Shown here: positions 35,126 through 43,335 of the stretch, piece after piece
Layout: each line of letters opens with the position of its first letter
Position numbering within the stretch: the stretch's first letter is position 1
NCBI GenBank assembly: GCA_938002965.1
Contig: CALKZY010000017.1
Coordinates: 19,443 to 83,442, forward strand
Reading direction: 5' to 3'
Source: an uncultured Acidimicrobiales bacterium
GTDB lineage: Bacteria > Actinomycetota > Acidimicrobiia > Acidimicrobiales > SZUA-35
Length of the DNA stretch: 64,000 bases
Notes under the pieces: generated by a model
What the model was told of the DNA's origin: nothing
What the model saw: the letters and a program-made list of their open reading frames with translations, nothing else
Database searches by the model: none
Position numbers and translations under genes: made by a program

Positions 35126-36214
35126 CTAGTGGACCGTCTGGCGAGCTTGCGAAGCGCCGCCCGACGCCGACTCCGGGTTGCGCTGAACAAACGCCACCCA
35201 TGCGACAAAGCCGCTCACGATCGGTACCCACCACGAAACAAGGCGGTAGGCGATCGTGGCCAAACTGGCGTCTTGAGCGCTAATACCCGAGATGATCAAG
35301 AGGTAATACAGGCCGACCTCGACGAAGCCGACGCCACCCGGTGTGATCGGCACCATTCCCAAAACCTGAGCCCCGGCATAGGCCAGCAGAACAATACTGA
35401 GGCGGGGATCAGCACCGACGCTGTACAAAGCTGCGATCAGGGCCAAGTAGTCGAACGCCCACTTGCCAGCGGCTGCCCCGACAACCTGCGGCCAGCCGCC
35501 ACCAACGACCTCCAGCAGGCGATCCCGCTCAATCAGTGCTTTGCCCCGCTCAATGCTCCAGGAACGCCGGAGGAATCCCCCCGTCGTCTCCACCAGACGG
35601 GCAATCGCCTCCTCGCAGTAGCGCAACGGTTTGTTGAAGGCCATGCCGATCGCGCCCAATGCGGCCAGCGACACGAACATCACACCGCCGGCGATAGCCG
35701 CCGGAAGCAAGCTTTCAGGAATAGGGGCGCCGAGCAGCGCAAGAAGGCTGGCCACGGCTGGAATTGCCACCAACGCCGCGGTAGTGATGATCGAGCTTAC
35801 GGCCAAGGCCCCACCGGCCTTGGCGGCATCCACTCCCGAAGAGGTGAGCATTCGGTAGTAGACCGCTCCGCCGGTGGCGGCACCGCCGGGAATCACCCGA
35901 CTGACAGCGTTCGACACCAACTGGCTTGTGGCGGCCACAAACCAGGAGACGCCGGGAAGAACAAGTCGAGTTAGCCACCACAGGCAAACGAAGCTAGCCA
36001 GCTCAAGCGCCAGCATTACAGCAAACCAACCGGGGCGAATCGTCCTCAGCCTGGGCCCCGACGACAGAATGTCGCGCAGCTGATCCTGCAGAAAGTAGAA
36101 GGCTACGACACTGATGGAAAGGGCAACACCCCACCACAGCACCTGCTTGACGAAGGCCGTGCTACCGGGCGCCGAGCGTATTTCTTCGACGGACGGAATC
36201 CGGCCAAATCTCAC
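35126..36214 (-). CDS. flippase-like / lysylphosphatidylglycerol-synthase TM-region family membrane protein (YbhN-like)
   Basis: 362 aa and polytopic. MVPITPGGVGFVEVGL matches the conserved PGGxGxxE segment of the LPG_synthase_TM family. The GTG start overlaps the maf stop as GTGA. Confidence 0.7.
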   Translation of the reverse strand: MRFGRIPSVEEIRSAPGSTAFVKQVLWWGVALSISVVAFYFLQDQLRDILSSGPRLRTIRPGWFAVMLALELASFVCLWWLTRLVLPGVSWFVAATSQLVSNAVSRVIPGGAATGGAVYYRMLTSSGVDAAKAGGALAVSSIITTAALVAIPAVASLLALLGAPIPESLLPAAIAGGVMFVSLAALGAIGMAFNKPLRYCEEAIARLVETTGGFLRRSWSIERGKALIERDRLLEVVGGGWPQVVGAAAGKWAFDYLALIAALYSVGADPRLSIVLLAYAGAQVLGMVPITPGGVGFVEVGLYYLLIISGISAQDASLATIAYRLVSWWVPIVSGFVAWVAFVQRNPESASGGASQARQTVH

Positions 36215-36984
36215 GGCCGAGCGACCTCGGCTGATGTCTCACCGCTGGCAACCGGCGGCTCCACCAGATCCAAGCGAACGGCAGGCCCCGCGGGATCGCT
36301 CACCGAGTCGCCCAATTCCGAGAGACCACAAGGAGGTGTCAATTGCTCGTCGACGACCGATGCAAGCTGTGGAATCGAGAGGTCGGCCTGGCGAAGAAGC
36401 CGATCGACACTAACCATCGGCAGACCGACGACATTGTCGTAGCTTCCGATGATCCCCTCGACGAACACTGAGCCTCGACCCTGGATGCCATAGGCGCCGG
36501 CCTTGTCCATCGGCTCGCCCGTACCCACGTACCAGTCAATGTCATTCGTATCGAGCGATCGGAACCGGACAGTCGTTTGGGTCACGGTGGAGAATAGCTC
36601 ATCGCCCACCTTGACTGCGCTGCCGGTAAAGACTTTGTGATCAGCTCCGGATAGGGCCTTCAACATCTTCTTCGCTTCGGCCATCGAAGACGGCTTACCC
36701 AGGGTTTCGCCGTGGATGTCAACCACGGTGTCAGCAGCTAGGACTACAACGAGCTCATCCGGATTAATCTCCAGCTGAAATCGAGCCTGCCAACCAGCTT
36801 CAGCTTTTGCTCGGGCCAGCCGTTCAACGAGCGCGGCGGAAGATTCTCCCGGCTGAGGCGTCTCGTCAACATCGGTTGGAAACCGAAATGGAACGATGCC
36901 CAGATTACGAAGTAGCTCCATGCGTCGCGGCGAACCCGACGCCAGCACAAGAGTCGCCGACATCGACGACTCGCTCGTATTCAT
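36211..36984 (-). CDS. maf: Maf-like nucleoside triphosphate pyrophosphatase
   Basis: LVLASGSPRRMELL, AADTVV and GAYGIQG motifs are present. A C-terminal extension of about 50 aa follows. Confidence 0.85.
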   Translation of the reverse strand: MNTSESSMSATLVLASGSPRRMELLRNLGIVPFRFPTDVDETPQPGESSAALVERLARAKAEAGWQARFQLEINPDELVVVLAADTVVDIHGETLGKPSSMAEAKKMLKALSGADHKVFTGSAVKVGDELFSTVTQTTVRFRSLDTNDIDWYVGTGEPMDKAGAYGIQGRGSVFVEGIIGSYDNVVGLPMVSVDRLLRQADLSIPQLASVVDEQLTPPCGLSELGDSVSDPAGPAVRLDLVEPPVASGETSAEVARP

Positions 36985-37082
36985 ACCTTAATGGTAGAAC
37001 GAAAATCGGCATCACCGTCGTCCACATGTCGTTTTGGCGAACGGTATGGCTACCAAACCAAGTGAGGTGCCAGACTGTCGCC

Positions 37083-37835
37083 ATGAGCTTGGTAGAAGTA
37101 GTAATTCGAGAGCGAGTGGCAACGGTCACACTGAACGACCCCGGCCGGCGTAACGCCGTCACTCTGGAAATGTGTGACGAAATGAGCGCAGCCTTTACCG
37201 AGCTTGAAGCCAACCAGGATGTCCACGCCATTGTCATAACCGGAGCAGCCCCGGCGTTTTGCGCCGGAGCTGACCTCTCGCACCTCGGCGATTCGGCCGA
37301 AGAGGGACTCCTGGCAATTTACGAAGGATTCCTCCGAGTCGGCCGATCCCCGCTACCGACCATCGCCGCGGTCAACGGTGCCGCCGTCGGTGCCGGTATG
37401 AATCTCGCCCTCATCTGCGACCTTCGCTTAGCGGCCAAGTCGGCCAAATTCGACGACCGCTTCTTGAATCTCGGATTGCACCCCGGCGGCGGTCACACCT
37501 GGATGTTCCAGAACATTTGTGGGCCTCAAGCCGCCACGGCCGCCATTTTGTTCAGTCAGATCATGGATGGAACCGAGGCCGCCCGGGTAGGGCTCGCTCA
37601 TCAGGTCTACGAGGATGATGAGTTGCTTGACGCTGCCCAGGCCATGGCCGAGGGCGCCGGCCGGGCACCACGGGACTTAGTGATCACCACCAAGCGCACC
37701 ATGCAAGACATCAGAACTGCGCCGACTCAGCGAGCCGCAGTACACGCCGAGCTTGGTCCTCAGGTTTGGTCAACCCGCCAACCAGTCTTCGCTGAGAAGC
37801 TGGCCAAACTTCAATCGAAAATCTCGTCCCGATAG
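37083..37835 (+). CDS. enoyl-CoA hydratase/isomerase family protein
   Basis: RVATVTLNDPGRRNA, AFCAGADL and AAVNGAAVGAGMNLAL are present. Start is set to ATG 37083, since the upstream part of the ORF overlaps maf on the other strand. Confidence 0.85.
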   Translation: MSLVEVVIRERVATVTLNDPGRRNAVTLEMCDEMSAAFTELEANQDVHAIVITGAAPAFCAGADLSHLGDSAEEGLLAIYEGFLRVGRSPLPTIAAVNGAAVGAGMNLALICDLRLAAKSAKFDDRFLNLGLHPGGGHTWMFQNICGPQAATAAILFSQIMDGTEAARVGLAHQVYEDDELLDAAQAMAEGAGRAPRDLVITTKRTMQDIRTAPTQRAAVHAELGPQVWSTRQPVFAEKLAKLQSKISSR

Positions 37836-37854
37836 AGCCAGGTCTAATCAACGA

Positions 37855-38445
37855 CTACAACCAGGCAATCGTGATCTCCCGACTTCTCACCATCCACTCC
37901 TCGGCCGTGATGGCGAATCGGACGTGGTCCTCCCAGACACCGTTTATCTCAAGATAGCGCTGGGCTACACCCTCGTTCCGTAATGCCAGCTTCTCGACCA
38001 CGCGAAGTGAGGCGCTGTTGCGAGGCACAATCGAGATCTGGACGCGATGTAGCTTCAGTTCTTCGAAAGCAAACTTCAATACCGCCACCACCGCCTCCGG
38101 GACGTAGCTGTTGCCTGCCTGTTGTTCGTCGACCCAGTATCCGAGGTAGGCACTCTGGAAGGGACCGCGCTGCACAGCGTTGACGTTCACCTCACCGCTG
38201 AAAACGCCCCCGATAAAGATTCCGAAGCCGTAGCCGGTTCCCATCTGCCACTCCCGGTCACGGGCATGACATCGCAAGGCGAAGGCGCTGCGATCCTCAA
38301 CCGGGTTCGGTGATCCTGCCGGTCGTGACGGTTCCCACTTGATCAGCCAGTCAGCATTACGCCGCCTGACCTCCTGCCACCGCCAGAAGTCTTCAGGCTT
38401 CAGCGGCCGGAGCAGGATACGTCTGCCCAGGAGACTGCGAGTCAC
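37855..38445 (-). CDS. GNAT family N-acetyltransferase (RimJ/RimL-like)
   Basis: 196 aa. LRPLKPEDF...GYWVDEQQAGNSYVPEAV...LHRVQISIVPRNSASLRVVEKLALR is typical of ribosomal-protein-type acetyltransferases. Confidence 0.8.
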   Translation of the reverse strand: MTRSLLGRRILLRPLKPEDFWRWQEVRRRNADWLIKWEPSRPAGSPNPVEDRSAFALRCHARDREWQMGTGYGFGIFIGGVFSGEVNVNAVQRGPFQSAYLGYWVDEQQAGNSYVPEAVVAVLKFAFEELKLHRVQISIVPRNSASLRVVEKLALRNEGVAQRYLEINGVWEDHVRFAITAEEWMVRSREITIAWL

Positions 38446-39416
38446 AGCCCGATCTTAGCGTCGCCCAACATGTGGTCGACGACCAAGCCGTCGACCATGT
38501 CAACGGTCGAGATCTCGATGCTGTCGATGGCGAACTGGCGAAAGAGCTCAACAACGATGCAAAGGGCGCCTAGAACACCGTCGACGTGGTGGGCCAGCAG
38601 GCCCGGATTGTGCAGCCGGTCCGCTCTACTCTCGGTAGCCAGTACCCGGAAGATCTCCTCGGCTGCTTCATGTTCGAGGATGTAGCCGGCAACCGGGTCA
38701 GGACCATCGGCGATGTCAACTCCAATCTCAACAGCAGCAATCTGCACACATGCCCCCAGCCCTACCAGCTTCCCGCTGGAAATCGCTTCGGCCAGCTCCC
38801 GGTGCTCGCGTCGAAGATCATCGAGATGCAGCTCGACCACAGACAAAGCGGCGGACAATTCCCTAGGGTCCGGCGGGTCTAACTGCAGGTATTCAGCGGC
38901 AAGCGTGCGGCCGCCGAGCGGCATCGAGAAAGACAAGGTCCGATCGACCGTGACCACGCCTCCCGATCCATCACCCAGTGTCGCAAGCTCGGTGGACGCC
39001 GCTCCAAGATCAACGACCGAGAGCGACTCCCCGGCAAAGGCCACCTGAGAACGTACGGCGGCGAGAGACAGTGCAGCCTCCTCATTCGACGTCAACACCC
39101 GCAGTTCAGCGTCAAGGTGGTTCGATGCCAGTTTCGAAACTGCATCTTGATTGGCTTGCGCTCGCCGCATCACCTCGCTGGCCACGACCACCGGCGGGCC
39201 AAGTTCACGGTCGGCTTGGACAGCACTCAAGTCCGAAAACGCCGACTCCAGCGACATAAGGGCGGCACCTGAAAGCTCTCCTGACTGGTCGAGACCACTC
39301 GACAGGCCGATGTCGCGGCTATGGCGCTCAGCGGAGCCGTCGGCCAGGATGCGCCACTTCAACGAACCCGATCCGATCTCCACGAACCATGTGGCATCCC
39401 CGCCGCTCCTAGCCAT
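38442..39416 (-). CDS. ppx: Ppx/GppA family phosphatase
   Basis: FVEIGSGSLKW is the ASKHA phosphate-1-like motif, and VVDLGAASTEL is also present. Start is set to ATG 39416, overlapping the DUF501 stop by 8 nt. Confidence 0.8.
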   Translation of the reverse strand: MARSGGDATWFVEIGSGSLKWRILADGSAERHSRDIGLSSGLDQSGELSGAALMSLESAFSDLSAVQADRELGPPVVVASEVMRRAQANQDAVSKLASNHLDAELRVLTSNEEAALSLAAVRSQVAFAGESLSVVDLGAASTELATLGDGSGGVVTVDRTLSFSMPLGGRTLAAEYLQLDPPDPRELSAALSVVELHLDDLRREHRELAEAISSGKLVGLGACVQIAAVEIGVDIADGPDPVAGYILEHEAAEEIFRVLATESRADRLHNPGLLAHHVDGVLGALCIVVELFRQFAIDSIEISTVDMVDGLVVDHMLGDAKIGL

Positions 39417-39903
39417 CACCGAACTGCTCCCCCCGCTCTGAGAGCTGTTGGTGAACCCAGGCTCCAACGGGATCGGCCCCTCCAGCGAGAAAGTGAGCGT
39501 AGTGGGCGTGAAGACACTTGACTCCCTGGCGGGTGCCACCCACCCCTCCTGACGGTGCCGGACCCGAGTGACCTTGAGGAATTAGCCTCGAACGTTCCCT
39601 GGCATAGGCGGCGTGGGTCTCACGAAGTTCGTCAGGGTCAACTGTGCGTTCTGCCGTCTTTACCCCACCTAGGGCCTCCAGGCGTCCTATGGCCTTGTTT
39701 AGCTTGGGGTCGATCAACCAGAACCGCGTCGGCATGGGCCGTCCGTCGTCCAGCAGAGGATGGTTGGCCAAGACCACTGGCGAACCATCGTTTCGGACGA
39801 CGGCTACTTCGTATGCGCCCTGGGGGCGCCGGCCGAGAAGCTCGGCCACGAGTTCGTCCCCACTGGGAACCGACGGCTGATTAGAGCTTGAAGGCTTGGT
39901 CAA
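39409..39903 (-). CDS. DUF501 domain protein
   Basis: 164 aa. PMPTRFWLIDP...VKCLHAHYAHFLAGG matches DUF501, the family found next to ppx in actinobacteria. Confidence 0.8.
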   Translation of the reverse strand: MTKPSSSNQPSVPSGDELVAELLGRRPQGAYEVAVVRNDGSPVVLANHPLLDDGRPMPTRFWLIDPKLNKAIGRLEALGGVKTAERTVDPDELRETHAAYARERSRLIPQGHSGPAPSGGVGGTRQGVKCLHAHYAHFLAGGADPVGAWVHQQLSERGEQFGDG

Positions 39904-39922
39904 CGAAACCCCACCAGAGCGA

Positions 39923-40690
39923 TCAGCGGTTTATGACCCACCAGATAATGGCGGCCAGGATGGCGGCTCCACCGGCCGCGGGGACAAACCTCTTTGCCGC
40001 CGCTCCACCGGCAACATCCAAAAGGTCCACAGCTTCGGCCTCGGGGCTGTCGATCTTGCGAACCCCGGGTGAGGGTGTAGTGCTGGCAGACCCCGTCGGC
40101 GAGGACGAAGCGGCCGGCGAAGACGAGGTGGCCGGGGCCGAAGAGACGGACGGCGAAGCAGACGAACTCGACGCCGTGGCTGCCGTGGCGTCACCAATCG
40201 AGGCATCTGTGACTGACGAGGAGTCTGACGAAGCGGACGACCCACCATCGGTCGCCAGTTTGTCCCGCAGGTTGTCGGTGAACTGTCCGAGGATCTTCTT
40301 GGAGACATCTTCGATGGCGCCGCGCCCGAAGCTGGCGATCTTGCCGGTCAGGCCCAAGTCCGTGTGAATGGTCACCTTAGTTTGCTCGGCGGCGAGCTCT
40401 TCCATGGTGGCGGTGACCATGGCGTTGGCGTTGCCTTGGCGGGGATCACGCCCCTCGGCCTTCAACCTCGCCACATGGTTGACAGCATCCTGCTCAACAA
40501 AGGAGGCTTTGCCTTTGTAGTTGGCTGAGATGGGGCCGACCTTGATTTTGACTAGCCCGCGGTACTCGTCGCCTTCGATTTCGGTCAACTGAGCGCCGGG
40601 CATGCACGGCGCAATGAACTCAAGATCGTTGAGAATCTTCCACGTCTCTTCGATGTTCCGCTCGATTACAAAGTCGTTTGTCAGCTCCAT
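39923..40690 (-). CDS. coxG: SRPBCC/CoxG-like protein with Ser-rich linker and C-terminal TM anchor
   Basis: The N-terminus MELTNDFVIERNIEETWKILNDLEFIAPCMPGA...ISANYKGKASF is typical of CoxG. A Ser/Ala/Thr-rich tract follows, and the C-terminus is GGAAILAAIIWWVINR. Confidence 0.75.
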   Translation of the reverse strand: MELTNDFVIERNIEETWKILNDLEFIAPCMPGAQLTEIEGDEYRGLVKIKVGPISANYKGKASFVEQDAVNHVARLKAEGRDPRQGNANAMVTATMEELAAEQTKVTIHTDLGLTGKIASFGRGAIEDVSKKILGQFTDNLRDKLATDGGSSASSDSSSVTDASIGDATAATASSSSASPSVSSAPATSSSPAASSSPTGSASTTPSPGVRKIDSPEAEAVDLLDVAGGAAAKRFVPAAGGAAILAAIIWWVINR

Positions 40691-41340
40691 GCCCGCAAAT
40701 CCTTCACTGTGTCGATATCTACAGGGTTACCCACGCACGGTACCTCGGAAACCAGCTCCGGGCGCGCTCGAAGCACCGATCGGGCACCGGCATCACCGAT
40801 TCTCGGCACCTCCGGCCACACCTCTCGATCGAGTTTGACCGGGGGTCGTCGAACGCCATCGAAACTGGCAACCACTAGTGGGGCGGCACCGCCGGCAACG
40901 GATGACCAAGCCGAAGAAGGTACCAGGGGTTGGTCGGCCAGCCCAATTACCAGCGCACCGTGTCCATCGGCGTCAGCGGCATCGATGGCTGCCCCGACCG
41001 ACGTCGCCTGGCCCGCCTTCCAGTCATCGTTGTGGACGATGAACAACTCGTCCAGCGGGAGCCCCGACCTGTTATGCCTCAGCCAAGCGAGGACCGGGCC
41101 TAGATCAACCGAACCGGTCACGAGATAAACCTGGTCGAGCGCTCCCTCAACCAGAGCTTCGAGCAAAGCTCCGACCGCCCAGGTTGCTAGCGGACGCCCC
41201 CGAAAGTCAGCCAACAGCTTGTGCAGCACCCAAGAAGGTTCTGCCGAAGAGGGATCGGGTGAACCGCTTTCGTCGGAAGAGATGGAGTGGACGAATCTGC
41301 TCCCCTCCCCGGCTGCCAACAACGCTCCGGCCACCGTCAT
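40681..41340 (-). CDS. MobA/MocA-like nucleotidyltransferase (molybdenum cofactor cytidylyl/guanylyl transferase family)
   Basis: 219 aa. AGALLAAGEGSRF is the NTP-transferase P-loop-like motif. The gene lies among cox-type genes. Confidence 0.7.
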   Translation of the reverse strand: MTVAGALLAAGEGSRFVHSISSDESGSPDPSSAEPSWVLHKLLADFRGRPLATWAVGALLEALVEGALDQVYLVTGSVDLGPVLAWLRHNRSGLPLDELFIVHNDDWKAGQATSVGAAIDAADADGHGALVIGLADQPLVPSSAWSSVAGGAAPLVVASFDGVRRPPVKLDREVWPEVPRIGDAGARSVLRARPELVSEVPCVGNPVDIDTVKDLRAWS

Positions 41341-41433
41341 CGGCTAATTCGGCGTTCCAAGAGGTCCAAGGTCATGTAGCCAACGCTAGCTGCAATCACC
41401 ATCTGCGGCGGATCTGCTGCGACGCAGACGCCG

Positions 41434-43260
41434 TCAGGTCAGGCGCCAGATCGTTAGGTCCGGCCCGTCTCCTGGAAGGCGGGCAATTCCATTGCTCACG
41501 TCGATGGCATCACCGTTCAGCACCGGCTCAAGGCGCGAAGCCCCGACCAATCCAACCAGGGTGGGTTTGGTCTCACCCCGAGAAGCCCGAATCAACAGGC
41601 GGTCATCGGCGGTTTCGCGCATGAAACAGATGGCGTCGGGGGTAATCGATACCCAGCGGAACCCGCCTCGTTGCAAGGCTCGTTCGTTGTTGCGAACAGC
41701 AATCATCGACCGATAGCAGTCGAGGAATCGCTTATTCCATTTCGAGGAGTCCCACGGCATGGTCACCCTGGCCTTTTCCGACGTTTCCCCGGTTAACCCG
41801 ACCTCGTCTCCGTAGAGGAACGTTGGAGTGCCTGGAAGACAAAGAAGGAGCCCGAAGCCCACCAGGGCCAGATCGTCGCTGACAGCCATTGAGCGCCACC
41901 GGGCGGTGTCGTGCGAGGCTAGCAAACTCATCGATGCCTTAGTCACCGACCACGGCATCGCAGCGCGAATTACGTCCATGGCACGAGCCATCTGCACTGC
42001 GTTGCGACTCGACTGGCCGGGGCCGGCCGTGAAGGCGCTGAGCGAGGTGAAATCTCCGAGCCAGGACACAACCGGTCGAGTAATGCCGGCGTAGTTCATC
42101 ACTCCGTGCCAGCCATCGCCCGGCGCGTCCAAGCTGGCGTCAAAGAAGTGCTCGCCCACCAGCCACAGATCAGGATCGATGTCGTCCATGGTGGCCCGGG
42201 TCTGGCGGGCTACGTCTTGGTTCATGTCGAGACTGCCGAGACGGCCCGTCATGTTGGCCACGTCGATACGCCAGCCGTCCATGTTGAACGGTCCCCGCAG
42301 ATACCGACCGAGCACCGAGTCAGGCCCTTTGTAGTAACGTCGCCGCAGTTCGTCGGACCCGTGATCAAGTTTCGGCAGGCTGGAGACCCCTAACCACGCC
42401 TCGTACGCACCAGGGTGATCGGTGAAATAGTAAAAGGCGGCTTCATCGCTGTCAGCGTCGGCTTGAGCCGCCTGAAACCACTCGTGTCGGTCGCCGGTGT
42501 GGTTCAAGGTCAGATCGGTCATGATCTTGAGGCCTCGGTCATGGGCGGCCTTGGACAGCCGAATCAATGCCTCATCGCCACCCAAAAGAGGGTCGACCCG
42601 GTCAAACGTTGAGGCGTCGTATCGATGGTTTGATCGGGCTGGAAAGACAGGGTTCAGATAGATGCCCTTTACTCCCAGTCCGACGATGTGGTCCAAGTGT
42701 TGGATGATGCCGTCCAGGTCGCCTCCGTACAGCTGTGGCATAGCAGCCGGGCCGTCGGCCACCGGGTCGTCCCATGCCGACCACTCGACCCAGGACACGT
42801 CATGTCCGTCGACCTCGCTCTGCCCATCGGAGTCACCGAAGCGGTAGTTGCCGGTGGTGGCGAATCGGTCCGGGAAGATCTGATACCAAACCCCATCGCC
42901 CACCCACGCCGGCGGCTGACCGGTCGTTGTCAGACGGAAGTCGTGGACGTCACCCGGGTCGTAGTCGATGAGACCGAGACCGTTCAGCCAACGAGGGCCG
43001 TCGGGTGTCTCCAGGTGGAACCGGTAGTTGACAACATTGTTATGGCACGGCAGTTGAAAGCGAAGCCGACCACCATCCTCTTTACCTTCAACCCACTCTT
43101 GTTCGCCGTCACGCACGGTCCGAAGCCACGATCGCCCAATCGCTTCCGTGCCGAGATCGACGGTGACCTCCACCGAGTCTCCCGGCAGGGGGCCAGGGTC
43201 AGAAACGTACCGCTCCGATGAATCGTGGTGGGGCGGGACGTAGGCAAATTCTCGAGACAT
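41434..43260 (-). CDS. glycoside hydrolase family 13 (maltodextrin glucosidase/neopullulanase-like alpha-amylase)
   Basis: GH13 conserved regions are present: GIYLNPVFPARSNHRYD, GWRIDVANM, LVGEHF and LASHDTAR. 608 aa with an N-terminal beta-domain. Confidence 0.88.
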   Translation of the reverse strand: MSREFAYVPPHHDSSERYVSDPGPLPGDSVEVTVDLGTEAIGRSWLRTVRDGEQEWVEGKEDGGRLRFQLPCHNNVVNYRFHLETPDGPRWLNGLGLIDYDPGDVHDFRLTTTGQPPAWVGDGVWYQIFPDRFATTGNYRFGDSDGQSEVDGHDVSWVEWSAWDDPVADGPAAMPQLYGGDLDGIIQHLDHIVGLGVKGIYLNPVFPARSNHRYDASTFDRVDPLLGGDEALIRLSKAAHDRGLKIMTDLTLNHTGDRHEWFQAAQADADSDEAAFYYFTDHPGAYEAWLGVSSLPKLDHGSDELRRRYYKGPDSVLGRYLRGPFNMDGWRIDVANMTGRLGSLDMNQDVARQTRATMDDIDPDLWLVGEHFFDASLDAPGDGWHGVMNYAGITRPVVSWLGDFTSLSAFTAGPGQSSRNAVQMARAMDVIRAAMPWSVTKASMSLLASHDTARWRSMAVSDDLALVGFGLLLCLPGTPTFLYGDEVGLTGETSEKARVTMPWDSSKWNKRFLDCYRSMIAVRNNERALQRGGFRWVSITPDAICFMRETADDRLLIRASRGETKPTLVGLVGASRLEPVLNGDAIDVSNGIARLPGDGPDLTIWRLT

Positions 43261-43291
43261 GGCGGCGGCTTCCCTCGACGGTGGTGGATGG

Positions 43292-43332
43292 TCAGACCAG
43301 GCTACTCCGATTGCTGGAGCAGCCTGGTCTGA
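43292..43332 (-). terminator. terminator-like hairpin after coxL-like gene
   Basis: TCAGACCAGGCT (43292-43303) pairs perfectly with AGCCTGGTCTGA (43321-43332), a 12-bp stem starting 3 nt after the TAG stop. No U-tract is present. Confidence 0.5.
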
Positions 43333-43335
43333 GCT

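Noticed and set aside
43261-43335. GH13 as an integral member of the cox-like operon.
   Set aside because: A perfect 12-bp hairpin lies immediately after the coxL stop, and the function is unrelated. This suggests a separate transcription unit, so co-transcription is not asserted.
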